This document shows positions 8,623-18,777 of a stretch of 64,000 nucleotides of DNA, one piece after another. The notes under the pieces were generated by a model that saw nothing but the letters and a program-made list of their open reading frames with translations, made no database searches and had not been told where the DNA came from. Position numbers and translations under genes: made by a program. Origin of the DNA: an uncultured Flavobacteriaceae bacterium (GTDB taxonomy: Bacteria; Bacteroidota; Bacteroidia; Flavobacteriales; Weeksellaceae); the NCBI GenBank assembly GCA_963520725.1, contig CAUQSG010000002.1:27926-91925 (forward strand), read 5' to 3'. Position 1 is the first letter of the stretch, and each line of letters starts with the position of its first letter.

Positions 8623-9873
8623 TTACATTCCCAAACCCTTGCGCCTTTTCTTTTTCTTCTTGCGCTGCATCGCCCGGATAAAGGCTTCCTCCTCGGCATC
8701 CACAGCCGGACCTTCGGGAGTGAGCAGACCGATACCTCCCGCCGTGTTCTCGTGGTCGGATGCTGTCTGTTCGCGCATATCCTCTACTGTTTCCACCGGA
8801 ACGGAAAGCGGAATCGGTGGCTGTCCGGCATAAGGCAGCGTGAAGTGTTCCTGCAAAGCGTTGGCGGAAAGTTCCTTGCCCATGCGCGAGCCGTTCAGCA
8901 CGCAGCCCGTGCGATGGTCGATAAACGTGGCTCCGTAGATGCGCCCTTCCTCCGTGTAGCGCAGCACGGTGTCGATACCCTTCTCCCTGAGCCGCGAAAC
9001 GAACTTCTCCTTGTCATACGTGCCTTCAAGCACGGAAAGGACGGTGCGTTTTGTCATGTCGGCGAGTTTCCGGTCCTTAATCTCCTGCTTGGAACGGGCA
9101 AACTTCTTCTGCACGGCTTCATAGCCTGCGGACTTCCCGAAAAGCGAGGACTTGAACGGGTTGCCCGTCTTGTTCCCGGCATCATCGGTGACGGAATAGA
9201 CCAGCCCGTGATACTCACGCCCGCACACGTTTCCCCGCGCTTCCTCCACCGTCATATTATATAAGGAAAGGAGGGCGCGATATTCGCCCATCGTCTGGAA
9301 ACGGTACTGTCCACTCAGAGCCTTGACGGTATTCCCGACCTGCCTTTTCACGTCGCCCGCCGAAGCGTCCACCTTTCGCAGAGGGTTCTCTATCCGTTGA
9401 TTCTTACGTTCCGCCGGGTGCAGCCCGTACTTTTGTTCCAGTTCCCGCCGGATGCGGTCGCTGCGGCGGAAAAGGAAATCCTGATTGAGCCGCCTGCCTT
9501 TCTCGTCCACATTGATTGTCACGATGTGCAGGTGGTGGCGGTCTATGTCCTCGTGCTTTACAATAAGATACGGCTGGTCCCCGTAGCCGAGTTTTTCCAG
9601 ATACTCGCGTGCGATGTCCTGCAATTCCGTATCGGTCAGCACATCGTCGGGATGCGGGTTGAGCGAGATATGGAGTACCGGTTTCTCCACCCTCGTATGC
9701 TCCGGCATACAGGCGAGAAAACCCTCCATCGCCTTGCGTATGTCCACCGTCCCCGTGCCGTCATTGTAGATGCGGTTGGTGGTGAGCAGACGCCCTTTCG
9801 CCTCGTTGATCTTTTCCCCGTTGTAGGCAAGTGCGCCGTACAGCGACTTTCCTACACTGATTTTTGCGACCAT
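8623..9873 (-). CDS. mobB: Relaxase/mobilisation nuclease, CTnDOT MobB-type
   Basis: N-terminus MVAKISVGKSLYGALAYN, histidine motif HEDIDRHHLHIVT, and a basic C-terminal tail. Confidence 0.88.
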   Translation of the reverse strand: MVAKISVGKSLYGALAYNGEKINEAKGRLLTTNRIYNDGTGTVDIRKAMEGFLACMPEHTRVEKPVLHISLNPHPDDVLTDTELQDIAREYLEKLGYGDQPYLIVKHEDIDRHHLHIVTINVDEKGRRLNQDFLFRRSDRIRRELEQKYGLHPAERKNQRIENPLRKVDASAGDVKRQVGNTVKALSGQYRFQTMGEYRALLSLYNMTVEEARGNVCGREYHGLVYSVTDDAGNKTGNPFKSSLFGKSAGYEAVQKKFARSKQEIKDRKLADMTKRTVLSVLEGTYDKEKFVSRLREKGIDTVLRYTEEGRIYGATFIDHRTGCVLNGSRMGKELSANALQEHFTLPYAGQPPIPLSVPVETVEDMREQTASDHENTAGGIGLLTPEGPAVDAEEEAFIRAMQRKKKKKRRKGLGM

Positions 9874-10277
9874 TTCGCCTCCATTTCCCTTGAAAGTTCC
9901 ACAATCTGACGGCTCAGTTTCACGAGTTCGACGGTCTGTTGCTCCAGCTTGTAGAGCAACGCCATTGCCTTTTTCTCGGAAAAATGCAGCCTGAGTTCCT
10001 TCACGACTTGGTTGTAGTTCGTGCCTACCGCGCGGAACTGCGCATGGAAATCGGACAGTCTGGTGTAGTAATCCACCAGCGTCCTGTCCACTTTCAGCAC
10101 CCTGAACGGCTGCCCGAAGAAGTGCGCCTTGATGAAAACCGACTTGGCGTAAACGCCCGACTTCTCGAACATGGCGAGGAAACGGTTGTGTTCCTCCTCG
10201 TTGAAACGGACGGTGTAGCGGAATACCGCCGGATCAAGTTTGGGATTTCTCCCGGTCTTGTTTCTTTTCTCTTTCAT
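9852..10277 (-). CDS. mobA: Relaxosome accessory protein (MobA/MobC-like)
   Basis: A 141-aa ORF from ATG 10277 (MKEKRNKTGRNPKLDP...). It overlaps the relaxase start by 22 nt and sits first in the mob operon. Confidence 0.7.
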   Translation of the reverse strand: MKEKRNKTGRNPKLDPAVFRYTVRFNEEEHNRFLAMFEKSGVYAKSVFIKAHFFGQPFRVLKVDRTLVDYYTRLSDFHAQFRAVGTNYNQVVKELRLHFSEKKAMALLYKLEQQTVELVKLSRQIVELSREMEAKWSQKSV

Positions 10278-10987
10278 ATAAACTTTGGATTTAGCGGATG
10301 GACGGCATAAGCCGCCGCTTGGGGTCACAGACACCGCAGGTTTGAAAAGCTTCCCGACTTCGGAGAGGAAGCCCGCCCCCTGCAAGGGCAAGTGCTTTTC
10401 GTGGCTGCTCAAAACGTTTTGAGCGGCTGAAAAGACATCTTGCTATGTTCAGGCGAACATAAAAATCCGTCGGGGCCGGATTGGGGGAATGCCTTTCAAA
10501 CTCCGGGCTGCGCCACCTGCGGCGAACCCTGCCGTTCGGGTGCAAAGTTACGCCCTTAAAGCGGTATCGGACAGAGGCTTGACCCGGACAATCAGTGCCA
10601 ACCGGCGCAACATGCCGCCACTTGTCGGGGAAGTGATACAGGTTCAAAAATATCCTTGTTTATTTGCAGCATGATTCAAGAAACGAACGATTTGAAGATA
10701 TGAAAAATGAGGCTTTCAAATACCCGGCAAACCGCTTCGGCGGCTATTTGCCTGACCGGATACCCGAACCTTCGGATACCCGGTTTTACAATGACGCGGT
10801 GATTCACGGATTCAATGACTTCATGACGCAATGTCGTCATTCATCAGTTATCCGAATCCCTGCCCCACCGTTGAAGCGGATACGTGACGAACCGGACAGT
10901 CAGAGATTCGCGGACGCGGATATACATGTCACCGATTCCGTATCGGAGCAGGAAAACAATTCATCAACCATTAAAACCAACAGAACC
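10278..10987. promoter_or_regulatory. Divergent mob/tra control region, the expected location of oriT
   Basis: A 710-bp gap between the divergent mobA and traA. It holds a perfect 18-bp palindrome GCTCAAAACGTTTTGAGC (10407-10424), the direct repeat CGGATACCCG at 10757-10766 and 10773-10782, and further CGGATA-type motifs at 10848-10854 (reverse strand), 10877-10884 and 10917-10924. Confidence 0.5.
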
Positions 10988-11749
10988 ATGAGTAATGAAA
11001 CATTCGTTGCATTCGCAACACAGAAAGGGGGTATCGGCAAATCCACCGTCACGGCACTTGCCGCCAACTACCTCCACAACGTGAAAGGACACAATGTCGC
11101 AGTCATAGACTGCGACACCCCGCAGCACAGCATACACGGGTTGCGTGAACGTGAAACGGGACTTATCGGCGGGAGCCTCTATTTCAAGGCACTCGCGTGT
11201 GACCACTTCCGCAAGATAAGGAAGAACGCCTACCCGGTCATCGCAAGCGACGCCCTTAACGCCCTCGATGATGCCGAAAGGATGCTTGCCGAAGAAGAGG
11301 TGAAACCCGACATCGTGTTTTTCGACATGCCGGGAACCCTGAAAAGCAACGGCGTGGTCAAGACCCTCTCGCAGATGGACTACATCTTCGCGCCCATGAG
11401 TGCCGACCGTTTTGTCGTGGAAAGCACCCTGCAATTCGCTGTGATGTTCCGTGACAACCTCATGACGACGGGACAGGCGAAAACAAAAGGGCTGTACCTG
11501 TTCTGGACGATGGTGGACGGCAGGGAGAAGAACGGGCTTTACGACCTGTATGAGGATGTGATCGCCGAGATGGGGCTGCCGGTGCTGTCCACCCGCCTGC
11601 CCGACAGCAAGAAGTTCCGGCGCGACCTCTCGGAAGAGCGCAAGAGCGTGTTCCGCTCGACCATCTTCCCGATGGATGCGTCCCTGCTGAAAGGGAGCGG
11701 CATCCGTGAGTTCTCGGAAGAGATAAGCCGTATCATCAGACCTCAATAA
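10988..11749 (+). CDS. traA: ParA/MinD-like ATPase TraA
   Basis: Deviant Walker A TQKGGIGKST near the N-terminus. The start is taken at ATG 10988. The ORF-track N-terminal extension from 10664 is judged non-coding. Confidence 0.85.
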   Translation: MSNETFVAFATQKGGIGKSTVTALAANYLHNVKGHNVAVIDCDTPQHSIHGLRERETGLIGGSLYFKALACDHFRKIRKNAYPVIASDALNALDDAERMLAEEEVKPDIVFFDMPGTLKSNGVVKTLSQMDYIFAPMSADRFVVESTLQFAVMFRDNLMTTGQAKTKGLYLFWTMVDGREKNGLYDLYEDVIAEMGLPVLSTRLPDSKKFRRDLSEERKSVFRSTIFPMDASLLKGSGIREFSEEISRIIRPQ

Positions 11750-11751
11750 TC

Positions 11752-12192
11752 ATGGGCAGCAGGAAAGTGAACACCGAAGGCATTGACGAGGAACTGTTGA
11801 TAGCCTCCATCGGCAGACGCAGGCAGGACGGGACCCTGTACCACGCGCAGGAGCCGCCCGCGCCTGCTCCCGAAGAAAAAAGCGTCCCTGAAACGGAACC
11901 GCCGCCCGCGCAATACACGGCAAAGGAAAAACCGCAGAGGGACACTGTCCGCCGCAAACGGCAGGAGGACGACTATTCCGGGCTGTTCCTCCGCCGCAAC
12001 GAGATAAAGACGCGCCAGTGCGTCTATATCAGCCGCGATGTCCACAGCAAGATTCTCAAAATCGTGAACGACATCGCCGGGCGTGAAATCTCGGTAGGCG
12101 GCTACGTGGACACCGTGCTGCGCCAACATCTGGAACAGCACAAGGAGAAAATAAACGAACTGTACAAGAAACAACGTGAAGACTTGATTTGA
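11752..12192 (+). CDS. traB: Conjugal transfer protein TraB (DUF3408-like)
   Basis: Position in the tra operon. The C-terminal QCVYISRDVHSKILKIVN... parallels the TraC C-terminus. Confidence 0.7.
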   Translation: MGSRKVNTEGIDEELLIASIGRRRQDGTLYHAQEPPAPAPEEKSVPETEPPPAQYTAKEKPQRDTVRRKRQEDDYSGLFLRRNEIKTRQCVYISRDVHSKILKIVNDIAGREISVGGYVDTVLRQHLEQHKEKINELYKKQREDLI

Positions 12193-12194
12193 AT

Positions 12195-12542
12195 ATGGAA
12201 AAGAACCAGAAAAACAGAAGTCCGCAGCATGACGGCGGCGGTATGCTTGCCCAAGTGCAGGCGAGTGTGGAAATCCTATCCCCCGTGCCGTTAGGCGGCA
12301 AATGCGGTGAAAAGGACTATGAACGGCTGTTCATCCGTGAAGCCGAAGTGAAGGCACGCGAGGGAAAGATGGCGTATGTGCGTCCGGAGTACCACGACCG
12401 CATCATGCGCATCACCCGTGTGATCGGGCATGACAAATTGTCGCTGTCCGCCTACATCGACCATGTGCTTACGCACCACTTCAACCAGTGCGAGGAGGCG
12501 ATAAAGAGCCTTTACGCCCAGAATTACGACGCAGTATTTTAA
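12195..12542 (+). CDS. traC: Conjugal transfer protein TraC (DUF3408-like)
   Basis: Paralogous to TraB (MAYVRPEYHDRIMRITRVIG...). ATG at 12195; the ORF-track start at 12189 is a TTG. Confidence 0.7.
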   Translation: MEKNQKNRSPQHDGGGMLAQVQASVEILSPVPLGGKCGEKDYERLFIREAEVKAREGKMAYVRPEYHDRIMRITRVIGHDKLSLSAYIDHVLTHHFNQCEEAIKSLYAQNYDAVF

Positions 12543-12562
12543 CCCTCAAAAAGAGAACGTGC

Positions 12563-13297
12563 ATGAGTGAAACAATAAGCATGACTGATATTCTGCTGAC
12601 CGTATCGGTCGGCTGCAACCTGTGGTTCCTGTTCCTGCTCCTTTATGACAGGATCATGGAAACCAGACTTGTCCGCTTCCTAAGAAGCATAGCCGGAGTG
12701 TGGCGGTCGTTGGGCGGCACGGCGGCAAAGCCCGAAACGGTAAGGGACACACCGCCCGCAGACACCCCGGACATCATCGGCAAGAGCCGTTTCAGGATGG
12801 CATCGCCCCGGACAACCGCTGCCATACCGACGCAAGAAGCCGCCACTTCGGAAAAAGGCATTGAGCTGACGGAGGAAGAGACTACTTTTGACGACGGAAA
12901 CACGGAAACCGTGTCCCGTCCCGCACAAGTCCCGGAGGATAAACTCGACGAAACCTTCACGAGCCTCACGCCTTCGGAACTGGAGTTCGGGGAGGACGAG
13001 CCGGAGGAAGAAACGCCCGACGCGCCGAGGGCATCGGGAAGCAGTTTCGACGAGATAGACGATGCGGTCAGAACCGCCAAGAACCCGGAAGCGACAACGA
13101 CGGAACGGGAGCGGGCGGCAAAGGTCTTCACCGACATGGAAGGGACGGAGCTGTACGAGAAGCTGATGACCGGCTCGTCTGAAATGAGCATCCGCATCAA
13201 GGGACTTATCGAAATCCGGCTGAAGAAGAATAAACCGAAAAAGGATTTTGTCGTCCCGGACAGTATTGAGAACTTCGACATCCGCAACTATGTATAA
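12563..13297 (+). CDS. traD: Conjugal transfer protein TraD (N-terminal TM, acidic disordered body)
   Basis: Position in the tra operon, ATG at 12563, TM segment ILLTVSVGCNLWFLFLLLY. Confidence 0.65.
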   Translation: MSETISMTDILLTVSVGCNLWFLFLLLYDRIMETRLVRFLRSIAGVWRSLGGTAAKPETVRDTPPADTPDIIGKSRFRMASPRTTAAIPTQEAATSEKGIELTEEETTFDDGNTETVSRPAQVPEDKLDETFTSLTPSELEFGEDEPEEETPDAPRASGSSFDEIDDAVRTAKNPEATTTERERAAKVFTDMEGTELYEKLMTGSSEMSIRIKGLIEIRLKKNKPKKDFVVPDSIENFDIRNYV

Positions 13298-13499
13298 CGA
13301 CTAAAAAAGAATGAGAATGAAAACGTAAGACGGCATCACCCACGCGCACGGCGGTACAAGGTACAGCCAATTCGCAACGGACACACCCAAGTCCGTAGAA
13401 ACAAACGGGCAACCCACTAAACCAAAGTAAAGTAATCGAGTATCAACCGCCCGACAAAGGACCATCCACCCTTTGGACGGCACAAAACAAGAACAGTTT

Positions 13500-13811
13500 A
13501 TGAACAAGAACAACAGACAGAAACTTATCCTCTCTGCGGCACTTCTGGTTGCCGCAACCGCCTCCGCCTTCGCGCAGGGAAACGGCATCGCGGGCATCAA
13601 CGAAGCCACCTCTATGGTGAGTTCGTACTTCGACCCCGGCACGAAACTCATCTACGCCATCGGCGCGGTAGTCGGGCTTATCGGGGGCGTGAAAGTGTAT
13701 GGGAAATTCTCGTCCGGCGATCCCGACACATCCAAGACTGCCGCCTCGTGGTTCGGGGCGTGCATCTTCCTGATTGTCGCCGCCACCATCCTGCGCTCAT
13801 TCTTCCTTTAA
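13500..13811 (+). CDS. traE: Conjugal transfer protein TraE (small membrane/pilin-like, DUF4134-type)
   Basis: Signal peptide LILSAALLVAATASAFAQ plus two hydrophobic segments. Position in the tra operon. Confidence 0.75.
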   Translation: MNKNNRQKLILSAALLVAATASAFAQGNGIAGINEATSMVSSYFDPGTKLIYAIGAVVGLIGGVKVYGKFSSGDPDTSKTAASWFGACIFLIVAATILRSFFL

Positions 13812-13821
13812 TAAACAATGT

Positions 13822-14154
13822 ATGGCTGAATACCCGATAAACAAGGGTATCGGCCGTCCGGTAGAGTTCAAGGGTTTGAAGGCTCAGTACCTCTTCATCT
13901 TCTGCGGAGGTCTGCTGGCTCTCTTCGTCCTGTTCGTCATCCTCTACATGGTCGGCATCGACCAGTGGGTATGTATCGGCTTCGGCGTGGCATCGTCTTC
14001 CATCCTCGTATGGCAGACCTTCGCGCTGAACGCCCGGTACGGCGAACACGGACTGATGAAATTAGGGGCAACAAGGAGCCATCCCCGATACCTTATCAAC
14101 CGGCGGCGGATCACCCGATTATTCAAACGGAAACGAAAGGAAGAAACGACATGA
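13822..14154 (+). CDS. traF: Conjugal transfer protein TraF (small membrane, DUF4133-type)
   Basis: ATG at 13822, TM segments, ATGA overlap with traG. Confidence 0.75.
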   Translation: MAEYPINKGIGRPVEFKGLKAQYLFIFCGGLLALFVLFVILYMVGIDQWVCIGFGVASSSILVWQTFALNARYGEHGLMKLGATRSHPRYLINRRRITRLFKRKRKEETT

Positions 14155-16655
14155 GGAATACATCCAAAATGACAACACTGGAAAACAAGTTCCCGCTATT
14201 GGCGGTGGAGCAAGGTTGCATCATCTCCAAAGACGCCGACATCACGGTGGCTTTCGAGGTGGAACTGCCGGAGCTTTATACCGTGACGGGTGCGGAGTAC
14301 GAGGCTATACACGGCTGCTGGTGCAAGGCGATCAAGGTGCTGCCGGACTTCTCCGTCGTCCACAAGCAGGACTGGTTCATCAAGGAGAAGTACACGCCGG
14401 AACTTCACAAGGACGACATGAGTTTTTTGAGCCGCTCTTTCGAGCGGCACTTCAACGAGCGACCGTACCTGAAGCACACGTGCTACCTCTACCTGACCAA
14501 GACGACGAAGGAGCGTAACCGGATGCAGAGCAATTTCAGCACGCTGTGCCGGGGGCATATCATCCCGAAGGAACTGGACAAGGAAACAGCCGCGAAGTTC
14601 ATGGAGGCTGCGGAACAGTTCGAGCGCATCATCAACGACAGCGGCTTTGTCAGGCTGCGCCGCCTCTCCACCGACGAGATCGTGGGGACAGACGGCAAAG
14701 CCGGACTGATAGAGCGTTACTTCTCGCTCATGCCCGAAGGCGACGCCACGTTACAGGACATAGACCTCTCGGCACGGGAGATGCGCATCGGCGACAATCG
14801 CCTGTGCCTGCACACCCTGTCCGACGCGGAAGACCTTCCCGGCACGGTGGCTACCGACACACGGTATGAGAAACTCTCCACCGACCGCTCGGACTGCCGC
14901 CTCTCCTTCGCCTCCCCGGTGGGGCTGCTGCTCTCCTGCAACCACATTTACAACCAGTACGTGATTATCGACAACAGCGAGGAGAACCTTCAAAAATTCG
15001 AGAAGTCCGCAAGGAATATGCAGTCGTTATCCCGATACAGCCGGAGCAACAGCATCAACCGCGAGTGGATAGACCGCTACCTGAACGAGGCGCACTCCTA
15101 CGGGCTGACCTCGGTGCGGGCGCACTTCAACGTCATGGCGTGGAGCGACGACGCGGAAGAGCTGAAGCACATAAAGAACGACGTGGGCAGCCAGCTGGCA
15201 AGCATGGAGTGCGTGCCGCGCCACAACACCATCGACTGCCCGACACTTTATTGGGCGGCTATGCCCGGCAACGCGGCGGACTTTCCGGCGGAAGAGAGTT
15301 TCCACACCTTCATCGAACAGGCGGTGTGCCTCTTCACGGAGGAAACCAACTACCGCAGCTCGCTCTCGCCCTTCGGCATCAAGATGGTGGACAGGCTCAC
15401 GGGAAAACCGCTGCACCTCGACATCAGTGACCTGCCGATGAAGCGGGGCATCACCACGAACCGTAACAAGTTCGTATTAGGTCCTTCGGGCAGTGGCAAG
15501 TCGTTCTTCATGAACCACCTCGTGCGGCAATACTACGAGCAGGGCGCGCATGTGGTATTGGTGGACACGGGAAACTCCTATCAAGGGCTATGCGAGATGA
15601 TACGGCGCAAGACGGGCGGCACGGACGGCGTGTATTTTACCTACACGGAGGAGAAGCCCATCAGCTTCAACCCGTTCTATACCGACGACTACGTGTTCGA
15701 CGTGGAGAAAAAGGACAGCATAAAGACGCTGCTGCTGACGCTCTGGAAGTCGGAGGACGACAAGGTGACGAAAACCGAAAGCGGGGAATTGGGCAGTGCC
15801 GTGAGTGCCTACATCGAGCGCATCAGGGCTGACCGGAGCATCGTCCCCTCGTTCAACACCTTCTACGAGTACATGCGCGACGACTACCGCAGGGAACTGG
15901 CGGAACGCGACATCAAGGTGGAGAAGGAGGACTTCAACATCGACAACATGCTCACCACCATGCGGCAGTATTACCGGGGCGGACGCTACGACTTCCTGCT
16001 CAACTCGGCGGAGAACATCGACCTGCTGGGCAAACGGTTCATCGTCTTCGAGATCGATTCCATCAAGGACAACCGCGAACTGTTCCCGGTAGTGACCATC
16101 ATCATCATGGAAGCCTTCATCAACAAGATGCGGCGTCTGAAAGGTGTGAGAAAGCAGCTTATCGTGGAAGAGGCTTGGAAGGCTCTCTCGTCGGCGAACA
16201 TGGCTGATTACCTGCGCTATATGTACAAGACGGTGCGCAAATACTTCGGTGAGGCAATCGTGGTGACGCAGGAGGTGGACGACATCATTTCCTCGCCCGT
16301 CGTCAAGGAGAGCATCATCAACAACTCGGACTGTAAAATCCTGCTTGACCAGCGCAAGTACATGAACAAGTTCGACCAGATTCAGGCGTTGCTCGGACTG
16401 ACGGAGAAGGAGAAGTCGCAGATACTCTCCATCAACATGGCGAACAACCCCTCACGGCTCTACAAGGAGGTGTGGATAGGCTTGGGCGGCACGCAGTCGG
16501 CGGTCTATGCCACCGAGGTGAGCGCGGAAGAGTATCTGGCGTACACCACCGAGGAAACGGAAAAGGTGGAGGTGTACCGTCTGGCGGAGCAATTGGGCGG
16601 CGACATCGAAGCCGCCATCCGACAGCTTGCCGAAAGACGGAGAAACAAGCAGTAA
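14151..16655 (+). CDS. traG: Conjugative transposon ATPase TraG (VirB4-like)
   Basis: ~835 aa, Walker A GPSGSGKSFF, Walker B-like LIVEEAWK. The start at ATG 14151 overlaps the traF stop. Confidence 0.92.
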   Translation: MRNTSKMTTLENKFPLLAVEQGCIISKDADITVAFEVELPELYTVTGAEYEAIHGCWCKAIKVLPDFSVVHKQDWFIKEKYTPELHKDDMSFLSRSFERHFNERPYLKHTCYLYLTKTTKERNRMQSNFSTLCRGHIIPKELDKETAAKFMEAAEQFERIINDSGFVRLRRLSTDEIVGTDGKAGLIERYFSLMPEGDATLQDIDLSAREMRIGDNRLCLHTLSDAEDLPGTVATDTRYEKLSTDRSDCRLSFASPVGLLLSCNHIYNQYVIIDNSEENLQKFEKSARNMQSLSRYSRSNSINREWIDRYLNEAHSYGLTSVRAHFNVMAWSDDAEELKHIKNDVGSQLASMECVPRHNTIDCPTLYWAAMPGNAADFPAEESFHTFIEQAVCLFTEETNYRSSLSPFGIKMVDRLTGKPLHLDISDLPMKRGITTNRNKFVLGPSGSGKSFFMNHLVRQYYEQGAHVVLVDTGNSYQGLCEMIRRKTGGTDGVYFTYTEEKPISFNPFYTDDYVFDVEKKDSIKTLLLTLWKSEDDKVTKTESGELGSAVSAYIERIRADRSIVPSFNTFYEYMRDDYRRELAERDIKVEKEDFNIDNMLTTMRQYYRGGRYDFLLNSAENIDLLGKRFIVFEIDSIKDNRELFPVVTIIIMEAFINKMRRLKGVRKQLIVEEAWKALSSANMADYLRYMYKTVRKYFGEAIVVTQEVDDIISSPVVKESIINNSDCKILLDQRKYMNKFDQIQALLGLTEKEKSQILSINMANNPSRLYKEVWIGLGGTQSAVYATEVSAEEYLAYTTEETEKVEVYRLAEQLGGDIEAAIRQLAERRRNKQ

Positions 16656-16704
16656 GTAATCAATAATCGGTAAAACAGATTTATCAACGAAAAAAGAAAA
16701 GCGT

Positions 16705-17085
16705 ATGAGCATATCAAGAATGAAGATGCTGCAAGTCAGCAAGTGTCTGATCGGATTGGCGGTCATGGTGCTGCAATCCTGCGACGTGGCGGAGAACCGC
16801 CGCGACCTGCTGTGCGGGAATTGGGAAAGCGTGGAGGGCAAGCCCGACGTGCTTATCTACAAGGAGGGCGAAGCCTACAAGGTGACGGTATTCAAACGGA
16901 GCGGCATCCGCCGCAGGCTGAAACCGGAAACCTACCTCTTGCAGGAGGAGAACGGCAACCTGTTCATGAACACCGGCTTCCGCATCGACGTGGCGTATAA
17001 CGAAGCCACCGACGTGCTGACCTTCTCACCGAACGGGGACTACGTGCGTGTGAAGCCGCAGCCGGAAACTCCGGCAGGAAAATAA
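16705..17085 (+). CDS. traH: Conjugal transfer lipoprotein TraH (DUF3876-type)
   Basis: Lipobox-like LAVMVLQSCD. Position in the tra operon. Confidence 0.65.
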   Translation: MSISRMKMLQVSKCLIGLAVMVLQSCDVAENRRDLLCGNWESVEGKPDVLIYKEGEAYKVTVFKRSGIRRRLKPETYLLQEENGNLFMNTGFRIDVAYNEATDVLTFSPNGDYVRVKPQPETPAGK

Positions 17086-17108
17086 GAACCGCTAAAATCC
17101 AAAGAAAC

Positions 17109-17738
17109 ATGAGAACAAGAATAACATTCGTCATCTGCCTGTGCCTGCTTCTCGCGGGCAGGGCTTCCGCCCAATGGGTCGTGAGCGATCCGGGCAATCT
17201 GGCGCAGGGCATCATCAATGCCTCGAAGAACATCATCCACACCTCGAAGACCGCCACGAACATGGTGAATAACTTTCAGGAAACGGTGAAAATCTACGAG
17301 CAGGGCAAGAAGTATTACGACGCCCTCAAATCCGTGAACAATCTGGTCAAGGACGCCCGCAAGGTGCAGCAGACCATACTGATGGTAGGCGACATCACGG
17401 ACATCTACGTGACCAGCTTCCAGAAGATGCTGCGCGACGACAACTTCACGGTGGAGGAACTCGGAGCCATCGCCTTCGGGTACACGAAGCTGCTGGAGGA
17501 ATCCAATGACGTGCTTACGGAGTTGAAGAACGTGGTGAACATCACCACGCTCTCCATGACGGACAAGGAGCGCATGGACGTGGTGGAACGCTGCCACTCC
17601 AAGATGAAGCGTTACCGCAACCTCGTGAGCTACTACACCAACAAGAATATCAGCGTGAGCTACCTGCGTGCGAAGAAGAAAAACGACCTTGACCGCATCA
17701 TGGGGCTGTACGGGAGCATGAACGAAAGATACTGGTAG
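17109..17738 (+). CDS. traI: Conjugal transfer protein TraI (DUF4141-type)
   Basis: Signal peptide FVICLCLLLAGRASAQ. Position in the tra operon. Confidence 0.75.
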   Translation: MRTRITFVICLCLLLAGRASAQWVVSDPGNLAQGIINASKNIIHTSKTATNMVNNFQETVKIYEQGKKYYDALKSVNNLVKDARKVQQTILMVGDITDIYVTSFQKMLRDDNFTVEELGAIAFGYTKLLEESNDVLTELKNVVNITTLSMTDKERMDVVERCHSKMKRYRNLVSYYTNKNISVSYLRAKKKNDLDRIMGLYGSMNERYW

Positions 17739-17741
17739 CCT

Positions 17742-18746
17742 ATGGAGTTCGACAACCTTCACCAGATTCTCCGCTCGCTCTACGAGCAGATGATGCCGCT
17801 GTGCGCCGACATGGCGGGCGTGGCGAAAGGCATCGCCGGGCTGGGCGCGCTCTTCTATGTCGCCTACCGGGTATGGCAGTCGTTGGCGAGAGCCGAACCG
17901 ATAGACGTCTTCCCGATGCTCCGTCCCTTTGCCGTCGGTCTGTGCATCATGTTCTTCCCTACGGTGGTGCTTGGCACGATAAACAGCGTCCTCTCGCCCG
18001 TCGTGCAGGGTACGGCGAAACTGCTCGAAACGCAGACTTTGGACATGAACAAGTACCGGGAGCAGAAGGACAGGCTGGAATACGAGGCGATGGTGCGCAA
18101 CCCCGAAACCGCCTACCTCGTGTCCAACGAGGAGTTTGACAAGCAACTGGAGGAATTGGGCTGGTCGCCCTCCGACATGGTGACGATGGCGGGGATGTAT
18201 ATCGACCGGGGGATGTACAAGATGAAGAAGGGCATCCGCGACTTCTTCCGCGAGATACTGGAACTGATGTTCCAAGCCGCCGCCCTCGTGATAGACACCA
18301 TCCGCACCTTCTTCCTCGTGGTGCTGGCGATACTCGGTCCGATAGCCTTCGCCATATCGGTGTGGGACGGCTTCCAAAGCACGCTCACGCAGTGGATATG
18401 CCGCTACATTCAGGTCTATCTGTGGCTGCCCGTGTCGGACATATTCAGCACCATACTCGCCAAGATTCAGGTGTTGATGCTCCAGAGCGACATCGAGCGC
18501 ATGCAGACCGACCCCAACTTCTCGCTGGATTCCAGCGACGGGGTGTATATCGTGTTCATGATAATCGGCATCATCGGCTACTTCACCATTCCGACGGTGG
18601 CGGGCTGGATCATCCAAGCCGGGGGCATGGGCGGCTACGGGCGCAACGTGAACCAGATGGCGGGACGCGCCGGAGGCATGGCGGGAAGCGTGGCGGGTGC
18701 TACCGCAGGCAACATGGTCGGACGTGCCGGGAAACTGCTGAAATAA
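17742..18746 (+). CDS. traJ: Conjugative transposon protein TraJ (polytopic, VirB6-like)
   Basis: Multiple TM segments and a glycine-rich C-terminus. Position in the tra operon. Confidence 0.85.
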   Translation: MEFDNLHQILRSLYEQMMPLCADMAGVAKGIAGLGALFYVAYRVWQSLARAEPIDVFPMLRPFAVGLCIMFFPTVVLGTINSVLSPVVQGTAKLLETQTLDMNKYREQKDRLEYEAMVRNPETAYLVSNEEFDKQLEELGWSPSDMVTMAGMYIDRGMYKMKKGIRDFFREILELMFQAAALVIDTIRTFFLVVLAILGPIAFAISVWDGFQSTLTQWICRYIQVYLWLPVSDIFSTILAKIQVLMLQSDIERMQTDPNFSLDSSDGVYIVFMIIGIIGYFTIPTVAGWIIQAGGMGGYGRNVNQMAGRAGGMAGSVAGATAGNMVGRAGKLLK

Positions 18747-18777
18747 TCAATGTGGAATTATAAACGGAAAAAGTAAA

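Noticed and set aside
10640-10670. TATCCTTG / TATTTGCA near 10650 as the traA promoter -7 box
   Set aside because: Neither matches TAnnTTTG exactly, and both lie more than 300 nt from the traA start. There is insufficient support.
10964-11746. 260-aa ORF antisense to traA. Similar antisense ORFs occur at 12643-13287, 22076-22669, 23447-23944, 24055-24648, 6600-7211 and 8605-9264.
   Set aside because: All overlap motif-supported genes on the other strand and have low-complexity, Arg/His/Gly-rich translations.
17040-18617. 525-aa ORF on the minus strand, antisense to traI/traJ
   Set aside because: It lies entirely opposite well-supported tra genes. Its composition is dominated by H/R/G/V/A/E, typical of antisense frames in GC-rich coding DNA. 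It has no recognisable motifs.
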